DNA of 64,000 nt from an uncultured Thermoplasmata archaeon (GCA_963768855.1 CAVYJM010000011.1:192001-256000), one strand, 5' to 3'. Shown: positions 27,869 through 37,649, numbered from the stretch's first letter. Notes: generated by a model from the sequence alone, not told the origin. Program-made: numbers and translations.

Positions 27869-29334
27869 ACGGCCACGGCGGACGGCCCGCCCGAGACGAT
27901 CGTCTTCAACCTCGAGCCCCACGCGCCCCGGGACCGCTCGTACCAACGGACGTACTGCGCCGCGGAGCTCTTCCAGGACAAGTCGGAGGCCATCGCCCTC
28001 TGTTGCAACGCCTTCCAGCCACGCCGCCCGCGGTAGAACTCCACGGCCCGTCGGGTCGTGTCCAGGAGGGCCTCTGGTGCGTAGTCCGAGAACACGAAGC
28101 CGTTCCCCTTCTTCGGGTCCCGGGCCACGTCTGTGACGGTGTCCACGAGTCCGCCCGTCGCGCGCACGATGGGCACGGTCCCGTACCGCAGGCTGATCAT
28201 CTGCCCAAGTCCGCAGGGCTCGAACTTCGAGGGCATGAGGAAGAAATCCGAACCGGCGTAGATCCGGTGCGCGAGGGCCTCATCGTACTTGAGGTAGGCC
28301 ACGAGGTTGTTCGCGTCCTTCGCGAGCTCCGCGAGGGGGTCCTCGTACTTCTTCTCCCCCGTGCCCAGGATGACCACCTGGGCGCCCAGCTCCAGGATGC
28401 GAGGGAGCGCGGGAAGGAGGATGTCGAGCCCCTTTTGTTCCGTGATCCGCGTGACCATGCCCAGCAGCGGGGCCTTCGGGTCCGTCGGGATTCCCGCCTC
28501 CTTCTGCAGCGCGTGCTTGTCCTCCGCCTTCCGGTCGATCGTCGATCTCGTGTACGTGCGGGGAATCTGGGCGTCCTGGGCCGGGTTCCACACGTCGTAG
28601 TCGATGCCGTTGAGGATGCCCGAGAGCTTCAAGCCGCGAGAGCGCAGGAGATCCTCGAGGCCGTACCCATACTCCTTGGTCTGGATCTCCTTCGCATACG
28701 TGGGGCTGACCGCATTGACGAGGTCCGCGTAGACGATGCCCGCCTTCATGAAGTTCAGCTTTCCGTAGAACTCGACGCCCTCGGGCCCCCACGACTCCGT
28801 CGGGAAGCCCATCCATTCGAACAGATCCCGGCCGAACAGTCCCTGGTGCTGGAGGTTATGGATCGTGAAGGCCGTGCGGATGCCGCGGTAGCGCTCGTCG
28901 CCCGCATACAAGGTCCGGAGGAACGCCGGGGTCATGGCAGAATGCCAGTCGTTGCAGTGAATCACATCGGGCCAGAAGTTTGCGGCAGGCAAGAGGTCGA
29001 GGAGCGCCTTGCAAAAGAAGCCGAAGCGCTCGCCGTCATCTTCGTATTCATAGACCTTCGGTCGGTCATACAGCTCCGGCTTGTCCACGAGGTACACTGG
29101 GACGCCATCAATGCTGGAGGTGAGCAAGTGCGCCTCGTCGGTCCTGCCTCCGATGCGTACCGGAAAGGCACCCAGGTTCTCCTGCGTGCCACGGATCATT
29201 CCGTAGCGGGGCAGCGCGAGCCGGACATCGTGGCCGAGGGACCGGAGGGCCTTGGGCAGGCTCCCCGCAACGTCGCCGAGGCCGCCGACCTTCGCAAGGG
29301 GGTAGGCCTCCGCTGCTGCGAACAGGACTTTCAT
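27865..29334 (-). CDS. glgA: Glycogen synthase (GT5)
   Basis: KVGGLGDV, HCNDWH, TIHNL, PSKFEPCGLGQ, TGGLVDTV. Confidence 0.95.
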   Translation of the reverse strand: MKVLFAAAEAYPLAKVGGLGDVAGSLPKALRSLGHDVRLALPRYGMIRGTQENLGAFPVRIGGRTDEAHLLTSSIDGVPVYLVDKPELYDRPKVYEYEDDGERFGFFCKALLDLLPAANFWPDVIHCNDWHSAMTPAFLRTLYAGDERYRGIRTAFTIHNLQHQGLFGRDLFEWMGFPTESWGPEGVEFYGKLNFMKAGIVYADLVNAVSPTYAKEIQTKEYGYGLEDLLRSRGLKLSGILNGIDYDVWNPAQDAQIPRTYTRSTIDRKAEDKHALQKEAGIPTDPKAPLLGMVTRITEQKGLDILLPALPRILELGAQVVILGTGEKKYEDPLAELAKDANNLVAYLKYDEALAHRIYAGSDFFLMPSKFEPCGLGQMISLRYGTVPIVRATGGLVDTVTDVARDPKKGNGFVFSDYAPEALLDTTRRAVEFYRGRRGWKALQQRAMASDLSWKSSAAQYVRWYERSRGAWGSRLKTIVSGGPSAVAV

Positions 29335-29446
29335 GGAATCCGGCAGTCAGAAGAAGGGTCGCGTATTCAAATGTGTGTAGCGGCTTTCCCGCCAGGCCCG
29401 CACAGTCTCGGGAGACTAGCGGCGCGAGCGTTCCTTGGGTGACAAG

Positions 29447-31138
29447 ATGGCCGACAAGCCGATGGGATCCGTCGTCTTCGTGCTCCACACTCATCTTCCC
29501 TGGGTCCTGGGCCATGGTCGGTGGCCCCACGGGGAATCGTGGCTCTACGAGGCCGCCGCGGAATGCTACGTGCCGCTCCTGCGGATGCTCGACCGTCTTT
29601 CGAACGAGACACCCGACGTCCGCCTGACGTTCGGCATCACGCCCGTGCTCACGGAGAGCCTGGCCTCCCCGAGGTTCCGAGACGGCTTCCTGGCGTACCT
29701 CGAGGAACGGCAGGGCCAGGCCGAGAGGGACCGCGAGGACTTCCGAGCGCAAGGGGACGCGCCCGCGGGACGCCAGGCCGTCGCGTGGTCCGCGTTCTAT
29801 CGGACGATCCGGACCCATTTCGAGGGACCGCTCGGGAGCGATCTCCTTGGGGGATTCCGCCGCCTTCAGGATTCGGGCCTCATCGAGATCATCACCTCCG
29901 CCGCGACCCATGGATACCTGCCGCTCTTGGGCCGCGACGAATCCGTGGCCGCGCAGATTCAATGCGGCATCTCCTCCTACCGCCGGCATTTCGGGCGTGA
30001 CCCGCGGGGGGTGTGGCTCCCCGAATGCGCGTACCGGCCTCGCGGTCCCTGGTCGAGGCCGGTCGGACCAGCGCGGTCTTGGACTCGGCCCGGCCTGGAA
30101 GACGTGCTCGCCCGTCACCACTTGCGGTACTTCTTCGTGGACACGCATCTCGTGGCCGGCGGCGTCCCTCTCGGCACGTACGACGATCGCTTCGAGGAGA
30201 GGCGCCTCGACGCGACGGCTCCCGCCCGAGGGTCCTCGCCCAACGAGGCGCACGCCCTCCTGGCGGACGGCGGCCGTCAGCGCGTCGCCGTCCTCGCCCG
30301 CGACCCAGGCACCAGCGTCCAGGTCTGGAGCGCGGACTACGGCTACCCGGGCGACGGGGCGTATCTCGAGTTCCACCGGAAGAAGAGACCCGGTGGGCTG
30401 CGCTACTGGCGGATCACGGATCGGCGCCTGCCGCTCGAGGCAAAGCTTCCTTACGAGCCCGAGGATGCGGAGGCTCGGGTGCGGGCCCACGCGGAACATT
30501 TCACGGGGCTCGTGCGGCAGACCCTGGCGGACCACCGGGAGCGCACGGGACGCTCGGGGGTCGTCGTCGCGCCCTTCGACACGGAGCTCTTCGGGCACTG
30601 GTGGTTCGAGGGCCCCGCGTGGCTCGAGGCCGTCCTCCGTGACTTGCGAGGCGACCTCGACACCCGGACCGCCTCCGAGTATCTCGAGCACCATCCCCCG
30701 AGGTCCGTCGTCAGCCTCCCAGAGGGTTCCTGGGGACAGGGGGGCCACCACTGGGTATGGTTGAACGATGGGACCCGCTGGGTGTGGGAGCTGATCTACC
30801 GTGCGGAGGATGCGTTCGCGGAGGCTCTGGGTTCTGGCGGCGACGCGCCCGATGCCTTGAGCGAGCGGATCCTGAGGCAGCTCGCTCGGGAGCTGCTCCT
30901 CCTCGAGTCCTCGGATTGGCCCTTCCTCATCACCACGGTGGCAGCCCACGATTACGCCGAGGCGCGAGCGCGGCTTCACTTCGAGACGTTCGAATGGCTC
31001 CTGCGCATGTCGAGACGCACCGCAGAGGGTCCGATCTCCTCCGAGGACCTCGCTCGGCTTTCGCAGCTCGAGGAGCGAGACTCCCTCTTCCCCGAGATCG
31101 ACCTGCGGTGGTGGGCGGGGGAGCCCGCGAGCCCATGA
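29447..31138 (+). CDS. GH57 1,4-alpha-glucan branching enzyme
   Basis: LHTHLPWV, ATHGYLPLL, WLPECAY, PFDTELFGHWWFEGP, PEGSWG, SSDWPF. Confidence 0.9.
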   Translation: MADKPMGSVVFVLHTHLPWVLGHGRWPHGESWLYEAAAECYVPLLRMLDRLSNETPDVRLTFGITPVLTESLASPRFRDGFLAYLEERQGQAERDREDFRAQGDAPAGRQAVAWSAFYRTIRTHFEGPLGSDLLGGFRRLQDSGLIEIITSAATHGYLPLLGRDESVAAQIQCGISSYRRHFGRDPRGVWLPECAYRPRGPWSRPVGPARSWTRPGLEDVLARHHLRYFFVDTHLVAGGVPLGTYDDRFEERRLDATAPARGSSPNEAHALLADGGRQRVAVLARDPGTSVQVWSADYGYPGDGAYLEFHRKKRPGGLRYWRITDRRLPLEAKLPYEPEDAEARVRAHAEHFTGLVRQTLADHRERTGRSGVVVAPFDTELFGHWWFEGPAWLEAVLRDLRGDLDTRTASEYLEHHPPRSVVSLPEGSWGQGGHHWVWLNDGTRWVWELIYRAEDAFAEALGSGGDAPDALSERILRQLARELLLLESSDWPFLITTVAAHDYAEARARLHFETFEWLLRMSRRTAEGPISSEDLARLSQLEERDSLFPEIDLRWWAGEPASP

Positions 31139-32898
31139 CGACAATCTCGTTTCACTTCCATGGCTACCAGCCTGGGGACATCGTCCGATGGCGGGAGCCC
31201 GATCCCCTGAGGCCCCAATCCTGGGAGGAGCGCGTTTCGCCGGTGTCCCATGCAGTGGGAGCCGACCGCTTCTCCGGACGCAACTGGACGGATGCGGTGC
31301 TCCAGACGTACGGCCGGCTCCAGACGGTCCTGGACCGGGCCGCGGGAGCGGCGTCGGTCGACATCGAGCCACAGACCCTCGTGTGGCTCCTCCAGCGCGA
31401 CCCGGACGCCTTCCACCGGGTCCGCGCCTCCTTCGAGCGCGGGTCGGCGTCCTTGGCGCTCACGCCTCCGTTCCACCCCATCCTCCCGCACCTCCATCGG
31501 TTCGAGCGAGAGGTCTTGTTCGACCTGATGATTGATTTCCATGCGCCGCTCCTCCGTAGGCGCCCCGAGGCCCCCACGGGCCTCTGGCTGCCGGAGGCCG
31601 CGTTCTCGCGTGAAACGATCGAGGACTACCTACGTGTGGCGCGGGCAGCCTCCATCGGACAGGAAGGCCTCTCGGACTTGTTGCACGCGGTGCACCTCCT
31701 CTTGGACGCGCGGCAGTTCTCCGACCCGGGCAAGGCCGCCAGCGCCTGGGCGGCGGTGGACGGCACGCCGGGGATCGCTGCAGTGGGGCGGGACCATCCC
31801 CTCAGCTCAGAATTCGCTTTCGGCCCAACGGGGGCCCCTGACTTCTGTCGTGCGGCTCTGGCCCGAGGGAACGGGCACGTCTTCATCGCGAGCGATCTGG
31901 AGTCCCTCCTCGCGAATCCGGCCCAGGCGGAGCGTTTCGAGACCATCGTGCAGGCGCTGCGTGCGCAGGGAGCGGAGGTCCGTGCACCCCGGCCCCCTTC
32001 GGGGCTGGAAGTCGTCCGTGTGGTCGAGTTCTCAAGCTGGTCCGACTACGACGAGTACCTGCAGGCGGGGCACACCTCGGACACCCGCTGGACTGGGTTG
32101 CTTCGCCAGGGCGGACTCGTCGTCCCGCGGATGCACCGCGGCCGGCGGATGTCCCAGCTGTGGAAGCACGCCTTCACCCTCGCCTCGGAGCGCATCGAGA
32201 CCGTCGTGCGGCGCGCCGGGCAGAAGGTCCTCACGGAGAAGGGCGTCGCGAAGCCGCGGGAGACGCTGCGTCATCTGTCGGTGGCCTACGGCCGGCACCT
32301 CTTCCGACCGTATTATCTGGCCTGTGGGACGTCCGGTGCGGAACTTGACGTGGAGGCGGCGATGAGCGCGATCCTCGGAGGCCGGGTGGATCTCGAGCTC
32401 GCGGGCTACGTGGCACGCGGCTACCTCTTCATGCTCATGGGCCTCCGCTCAGACCCTCGCTTCTGGGACAATCCCGACACGCGGGTGACCTTCCAGAACG
32501 TCGCGTGCCTCGCACACTCCCTCGTGGACATGGCCGAGGCGTGCCGCCGTGCAGGGGATGATGCGACCGCCACGCGCCTCCTCCGGCTCCTGCGGGCGGC
32601 CCTGATTGAGTTCGCCGAGGGGTTCGCGCGGTGGGGCTTTGGGGACCTGCAAGGCCTCGAAGGCTGGGAGACCACGGAGGAAGCGTGGTTCGAGTCTCTC
32701 CAGTCCGAGGTCCCGGACCGTTCGGGCTACGACGTAGTGAAGCGTGCAACGCTCTTCGCCGTCGGAGAGCGCCTTCCCCGGAGCATCGACATTCCCACGC
32801 CCCGTGCGGAGGCGGTGGTCGCGGACACAGGACATATCGCGGGGGAGGCCCACGGCCAGTGGGAGAACCCTGCGTGGTGCGAGCATCGGTCGTCCTGA
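31135..32898 (+). CDS. Divergent GH57-family glycoside hydrolase/transferase
   Basis: Recognisable GH57 regions HFHGYQP, FHPILPHL, GLWLPE, ASDLE, SSWS; C-terminal half unrecognised. Confidence 0.7.
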   Translation: MTTISFHFHGYQPGDIVRWREPDPLRPQSWEERVSPVSHAVGADRFSGRNWTDAVLQTYGRLQTVLDRAAGAASVDIEPQTLVWLLQRDPDAFHRVRASFERGSASLALTPPFHPILPHLHRFEREVLFDLMIDFHAPLLRRRPEAPTGLWLPEAAFSRETIEDYLRVARAASIGQEGLSDLLHAVHLLLDARQFSDPGKAASAWAAVDGTPGIAAVGRDHPLSSEFAFGPTGAPDFCRAALARGNGHVFIASDLESLLANPAQAERFETIVQALRAQGAEVRAPRPPSGLEVVRVVEFSSWSDYDEYLQAGHTSDTRWTGLLRQGGLVVPRMHRGRRMSQLWKHAFTLASERIETVVRRAGQKVLTEKGVAKPRETLRHLSVAYGRHLFRPYYLACGTSGAELDVEAAMSAILGGRVDLELAGYVARGYLFMLMGLRSDPRFWDNPDTRVTFQNVACLAHSLVDMAEACRRAGDDATATRLLRLLRAALIEFAEGFARWGFGDLQGLEGWETTEEAWFESLQSEVPDRSGYDVVKRATLFAVGERLPRSIDIPTPRAEAVVADTGHIAGEAHGQWENPAWCEHRSS

Positions 32899-32968
32899 AG
32901 GAGGGGGTGAGACCGCGAACCTGGCGCACCGGAATCTTCATCGGCGCTCAGCCGGCTTACGTCCTGGG

Positions 32969-34114
32969 ATGAAGGCCACCGTCCTCACCTGGGAATACCC
33001 GCCCAACATCTACGGCGGGGCCGGCGTCCATGCGAAATACATCACGGCTTCCCTGGCGAAGCTCATCGACGTAGAGGTACGGACGATCGAGGAGGGGCCG
33101 CCGCCAAACATCCCCGGCGTGCGCGTGCGACGCTACCGCCCGACCCTCCGTGGACTGGGGTCCCCCGACCCGCGGATTGCGAAGGCCCTCGAGATCTTCT
33201 CCCTCAACGCGAACATGGTGGCGGACCCGATTGATGCCGATGTGGTCCACACCCACACCTGGTATACGAACTTCGCGGGTGCCCTCGCCAAGCGCATCTA
33301 CGGCTGCCGACTCGTGGCCACCGTCCATTCCCTCGAGCCCTTGCGGCCCTGGAAGCGAGAGCAGCTCGGGGCGGGCTACGAACTGAGCTCGTGGATGGAG
33401 AAGGAAGGTCTCGAGGCGTGTGACGCCGTCGTGGCCGTGTCCCGGGAGATGAAACGGGACATCCTGAAGTGCTACGACATCCCCGCCTCTCGAGTCGCCG
33501 TGATTCACAACGGCGTCGATCCGCAGAAATACCACCCGCAGGATGGGAGCAGGACCGTCTCGAATTTCGGGATCCGGACGCCCTTCGTCTTGTTCGTCGG
33601 CAGGCTCTCCCGGCAGAAGGGGGTGTTCGACCTCCTGGAAGCCATGCACAGCGTGCCCGAGGATACGACCCTGGTCCTCGTGACCGGGAAGCCCGACACC
33701 CCCGCGATCGAGGAGGAGGTCCGGCGCGCCCTCTCGGGCGTGGGGCACGTGACCTGGATTCCGGAAATGCTCCAGGATCCCGATCTCGTGGGTCTTTACA
33801 ACGAGGCCGCCGTTTTCGTCTGTCCCTCGATCTACGAGCCGTTCGGTATCATCAATCTCGAGGCCATGGCGTGCGAGACGCCCGTGGTCGCGACGCGGGT
33901 GGGCGGCATCAAGGAGGTCGTCGTCGACAAGGAGACGGGGTTCCTCGTCCCTCCTGGAGACCCCGTGAAGCTCGGACGCGCGATCACGAGGTTGCTCGAA
34001 GACCCCCCGCTCGCCGCCCGAATGGGGAAGGAAGGCCGACGCCGCGTCCTGGAACACTTCACCTGGGACCGGATTGCGGCGAAGACCCTCGAGCTGTACC
34101 GGTCGCTGACGTGA
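32969..34114 (+). CDS. glgM: GT4 GlgM-like alpha-maltose-1-phosphate synthase (actinobacterial glgA type)
   Basis: LTWEYPPNIYGGAGVH, HSHTWY-like HTHTWY, HSLEPLRPWKREQLGAGY, PSIYEPFGIINLEAMAC. Confidence 0.85.
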   Translation: MKATVLTWEYPPNIYGGAGVHAKYITASLAKLIDVEVRTIEEGPPPNIPGVRVRRYRPTLRGLGSPDPRIAKALEIFSLNANMVADPIDADVVHTHTWYTNFAGALAKRIYGCRLVATVHSLEPLRPWKREQLGAGYELSSWMEKEGLEACDAVVAVSREMKRDILKCYDIPASRVAVIHNGVDPQKYHPQDGSRTVSNFGIRTPFVLFVGRLSRQKGVFDLLEAMHSVPEDTTLVLVTGKPDTPAIEEEVRRALSGVGHVTWIPEMLQDPDLVGLYNEAAVFVCPSIYEPFGIINLEAMACETPVVATRVGGIKEVVVDKETGFLVPPGDPVKLGRAITRLLEDPPLAARMGKEGRRRVLEHFTWDRIAAKTLELYRSLT

Positions 34115-35670
34115 TGCCGCCTCGGTTCGAGGACGCGGTGGGTATCCTCGAAGACGCCGTGCGGCGCTCGGCCGCCTTCCGTGTGTGGCTCCGTTCCCGC
34201 CGGTGGTGTGGCGAGACCGTCGGGATGCGCTCGGAACTGGTCGTGCGGGACTCCGCCCTGCTCGCTGCGTCGGGCACCGAGATGTTGGTGCTCATCCTCG
34301 TTCTCGCGAGGGAAGGCCCGTCCTCGGTCCTGCTCCATCTCCCGCTCTCGGTGGCTACCGCGCGGCTCGATCCCGAGGCCTTCGAGCTGTCGAGCGGAGC
34401 CGAGCGGTGGTACGTTGTGGAGGCGGAGCGGCGAGAGAGCTATGCGCGGTTCCTCACGGAGGGCCTGCGAAGGGGACTCCGGCTCCCCACGCGCGCGGGG
34501 GACAGCCTCCACTTTCGAGGGGAATCCGTCGGCGCCTTCCAATCCTTCGAGCCCGGGACCGAACGCGACAGCTCGAACCTCCTCGTCCATGTGGCCACCG
34601 CGGGCCTGGAGGTCGTGTTCAAGAGTTACAAGATCCTCGACCCCCAGAACCGGGAGCCTCGGATCCTGGAGCGTCTTCGCCGGCGAGGCTTCGCCCAAAC
34701 GCCGCGTTTCCTCGGCGAGGTCTCTCTGGGGCAAGGGGAGGCGCGCCTCGTCCTCGGGGTGGCGACGCAGAAGGTCGAGGCGGAGGATTTGTTCGCCTAT
34801 CTCGCCGGACGCTGGCGGGAGGAACTGGGACGGTCATCCCCGGTGCCAACCGACCTCGACCAGGTCACGCTGAGCCTTGCGGACGGGCTAGGCGAGGCGA
34901 CCGCGGCCCTCCACGACATCTTGGTTGATCGCAAGCCGGGCCCCTTCCAGGCGGAGCCCTTCACGCGGGAAGACGCCCAGGCGGCGTATCGCATCGCGGC
35001 ACGGAATCTCACGGATTCAGCCCGGCTCCTCGCGCGCCGGCACCAGGAGGGACGCGGGCTCCCGTCGGATCTGGCCTCCGAGTGCCGGGAGCTCCTCCTC
35101 GACCATCGGAAGGAGATCGAAGGGGTGCTTGGCTCTCTGGAAGCCTCTGTCGGCACGGTGAAGACCGTGACCCACGCGGACCTCCACCTCGGTCAGGTGC
35201 TTCGCTCGCGACAGGACGGATCCCTTTTCTACATCGACTTCGAAGGCGAGCCGGAGCGGTTGCCTGGCCAGCGCTCCGTGAGACTGCCGCCGCTCCGGGA
35301 TGTAGCCACGATGGCCCGTTCCTTCGCGTACGTGAAACACGGCGCATGGCGCGACTGCCTGGGGGGAGACCCTCGCGCCGCGTTGAAGGCCATGCGCCCG
35401 CACGATCTCTCCCCCGGACTGCGGGAGGTGCTGGGGCGACTGCAAGCATGGGAAGACGCCGCGGTCCGGCGTTTCTCGGGGCGATACCTCGCCCGCACCA
35501 GCCTGTATCCCGAGATCGACCAGGCCATGGCCCAGCGCATCATTTGGGGCTGGACGATGGAGAAAGCCCTCTACGAGCTCCGTTACGAGCTGAAGCACCG
35601 GCCCGCGAACTTCCTCATCCCGGTCGAAGGGATTCTGTCTCTCGCAGCCCCGCAGGTTCAATCACACTGA
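34114..35670 (+). CDS. Maltokinase (Mak/Pep2-like)
   Basis: SSNLLV, FKSYK, THADLHLGQVL, IDFEGEP, LRDVATMARSF, KALYELRYEL. Confidence 0.85.
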   Translation: MPPRFEDAVGILEDAVRRSAAFRVWLRSRRWCGETVGMRSELVVRDSALLAASGTEMLVLILVLAREGPSSVLLHLPLSVATARLDPEAFELSSGAERWYVVEAERRESYARFLTEGLRRGLRLPTRAGDSLHFRGESVGAFQSFEPGTERDSSNLLVHVATAGLEVVFKSYKILDPQNREPRILERLRRRGFAQTPRFLGEVSLGQGEARLVLGVATQKVEAEDLFAYLAGRWREELGRSSPVPTDLDQVTLSLADGLGEATAALHDILVDRKPGPFQAEPFTREDAQAAYRIAARNLTDSARLLARRHQEGRGLPSDLASECRELLLDHRKEIEGVLGSLEASVGTVKTVTHADLHLGQVLRSRQDGSLFYIDFEGEPERLPGQRSVRLPPLRDVATMARSFAYVKHGAWRDCLGGDPRAALKAMRPHDLSPGLREVLGRLQAWEDAAVRRFSGRYLARTSLYPEIDQAMAQRIIWGWTMEKALYELRYELKHRPANFLIPVEGILSLAAPQVQSH

Positions 35671-35943
35671 GCTGGCGGGCGGTTCGAGTGGTCTTCCTTC
35701 CGACCCGGCGGCTCGCCCGTGCGTGCATCGAGGACGAGGTCGTTCGCCTGCGCAAGAGTATCACCGAACCCATCCGCCCGCTCATGATTGAGCAGGTCCG
35801 GGAGGGGATGGAAGGGGTTCGCATTCGTCGATTCCCGTCCCTGATGCGCGCCCGAAGTGCGGCTTCAAGTCTCAGGATGAGGCCATGCAACCTGCACACA
35901 TTTTGGAGAGCCAATCGGGATTGGGTCTTGGAGTGCCCACTCA

Positions 35944-36105
35944 CCGCCGGGAGCACTCTCACACGAGGTCCTTTTTCCGGTAGCAGATAGGAAGGACCGC
36001 GGTAGCAGCCTCACACTAGATCGATTGTCCGGCAGCAGAGGGGCCCGGGGGCTATCCCGCCTCCACCCCGTTCCCCCTCGCTCTGAGCGGTCGGCAGGGC
36101 TTTGC
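35944..36105 (+). repeat. tRNA-Glu 3'-end copy plus arm (direct repeat with 25486-25645), ending in hairpin copy 9
   Basis: See the 25486 copy; ends GAGCGGTCGGCAGGGCTTTGCC. Confidence 0.88.
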
Positions 36106-36177
36106 CGGGACGGGTTCCGAGCGGCATGTGCGAAATCTTTGAATCCCCGCAGGTCGATGTCAGTCCGAGGTGGAGAG

Positions 36178-36651
36178 ATGCGGAAGGATGTCCTCGGAAT
36201 CGTCCTGATGCTTCTCGGCGCGGGCTACCTCATCGGAGCTGCGCTCAGCGTGGTTGGAAACACAGCTTTGGGCAATCCTATCCAAGACGGGTTCCTCTTC
36301 GAGTTGCTGGCGTGGGGGTTGGGCGGAGCCGCGGTGTTGGTTGTGGGACTCGTCGTGCTCCTTCGGAGTCTCCGGCGTCCCGTATCCCCGCAACCTCAAC
36401 CGATGCCGAGGATGGTCGGTCCGCCGTCGATGAACGAGTACAGGACTCCGTGGTCGGCGATTGCGTTCCTCCTCGTGCTCTTGCTCCTTGCCGCCCTGTA
36501 TCTGGTGTTGGTTTTCGTGTCCGCCGGGATAGCTGGGGTGTTGCTCCAGTTTGTCTTCTTCCTCCCCATCATCGCCGTCCTCCTCGTCCTTGCCCGCTGG
36601 TGGTCGAGGTTGGCGAGTCCCTGGAACGAACCTCCGACCTCCCTCCGGTGA
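36178..36651 (+). CDS. Four-TM membrane protein
   Basis: Hydrophobic segments; ATG after GAGGTGGAG. Confidence 0.7.
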   Translation: MRKDVLGIVLMLLGAGYLIGAALSVVGNTALGNPIQDGFLFELLAWGLGGAAVLVVGLVVLLRSLRRPVSPQPQPMPRMVGPPSMNEYRTPWSAIAFLLVLLLLAALYLVLVFVSAGIAGVLLQFVFFLPIIAVLLVLARWWSRLASPWNEPPTSLR

Positions 36652-36658
36652 GGTGCGC

Positions 36659-37084
36659 ATGGAACCAAGGATTCCGTCTTGGCTTGCCCAAATTGTCAGC
36701 TTGGTCCTCATGCTCGTGGGATTCGGTCCCATGGCCGCCGGGGTCCTGTACCAAGTGATTTCCGGGGGTCCTCCCAACTTCGCCTTCTACCTGCCCTATG
36801 CTTCTGCCTTCGTCGCTGGGCTGGTCGTCTTGTTCTGGGACCGTCAGAGGCAACCGTCGGAACCGCATTCGACCGGGACGGCGTCAAGGGTCCTCTACTC
36901 CCGGATGACACTGGCCTTTCTCGGTCTTCTCGTCGTCGCTCTCGCCGTCGCTGTCGTATGGTCAACTGAACTTCAGGGGAGCATCGTATGGTACTTGCTC
37001 TCGGTGTTCGTAACCGCCGGGTTGTGGGGCTCCCTGTTCAGCGGGTGGGGCTGCTACAAGGCCGGCGGCCGTCTCCGCGCGTAG
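36659..37084 (+). CDS. Four-TM membrane protein
   Basis: Hydrophobic segments; ATG after GAGGTG. Confidence 0.7.
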   Translation: MEPRIPSWLAQIVSLVLMLVGFGPMAAGVLYQVISGGPPNFAFYLPYASAFVAGLVVLFWDRQRQPSEPHSTGTASRVLYSRMTLAFLGLLVVALAVAVVWSTELQGSIVWYLLSVFVTAGLWGSLFSGWGCYKAGGRLRA

Positions 37085-37093
37085 AGGTTCTTG

Positions 37094-37140
37094 GCCCCGC
37101 CTCGTTCTCGTGCCCAAGGGTCGGCCAGAAGGACTTGCCG
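37094..37140 (+). repeat. Degenerate hairpin repeat copy 10
   Basis: GCCCCGCCTCGTTCTCG..GGGTCGGCCAGAAGGACTTGCCG, 10 bp after a stop. Confidence 0.55.
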
Positions 37141-37287
37141 CCGGCGAGTCGCCCAAGTTGCCTCTAGAATGCTCGCCAAGTCGCCTAGAAAGCCCTAGAA
37201 TCGGTCCGGACCGAAAAGCCATACCCAGGGGTGGATTTGTATTTCTTCAGCACACCCTTGGGAGCAGAGCCTACCGCTAGTTGGCAC

Positions 37288-37300
37288 CCCGCCGGGAGCA
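37288..37300 (+). repeat. 13-bp copy of the tRNA-Glu 3' end (att-like)
   Basis: CCCGCCGGGAGCA equals tRNA 15295-15307. Confidence 0.7.
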
Positions 37301-37366
37301 CTCCTTTCGGGTTCTGGATCTGTGGGTTCCGGACCCACCCTGCGTCTCATCGACCCGGAGCCAGGT

Positions 37367-37402
37367 CCGTCGTCGTCCCGATCGCGAGCGGTCCGCGGAA
37401 GG
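37367..37402 (+). repeat. Degenerate hairpin repeat copy 11
   Basis: CCGTCG..CGAGCGG..GGAAGG about 67 bp after the att-like copy. Confidence 0.55.
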
Positions 37403-37436
37403 CGACCGAGGGCGCTTCGGTGCAGCCGGCTTCCGC

Positions 37437-37649
37437 GTGAGGCCCGCAAAGACGCAAAGGACAAACCCCTCGCCGTACCTCTGGTGGCTGATCATGCTGC
37501 ACCTCGCGGACCGGGACGGAAACGCATTCTGCGGAGCGACGGACGGCGCTCGCACGTTCGAGTACGAGCGAATCGACTGCCCGGATTGCATCCGGATGAT
37601 CCGGCAGGCCGAGCTGCAGGACCGTCGAGACGGAAGCGGTGGAGGATAG
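37437..37649 (+). CDS. Small putative zinc-binding protein
   Basis: H..D..G..FCG...IDCPDC; start uncertain. Confidence 0.45.
   Translation: MRPAKTQRTNPSPYLWWLIMLHLADRDGNAFCGATDGARTFEYERIDCPDCIRMIRQAELQDRRDGSGGG

Larger units (their letters stand above)
15295..37300. mobile_element. Tandem array of islands/cassettes integrated at tRNA-Glu; no integrase inside
   Basis: tRNA 3' end (C)CCGCCGGGAGCA repeated at 25486, 35944 and 37288; accessory cargo; interspersed repeats. Confidence 0.75.

Noticed and set aside
15378-37402. Calling the repeats canonical integron attC sites or a CRISPR array
   Set aside because: No RYYYAAC/GTTRRRY ends and no IntI. Spacing is gene-sized and irregular, with no cas genes.
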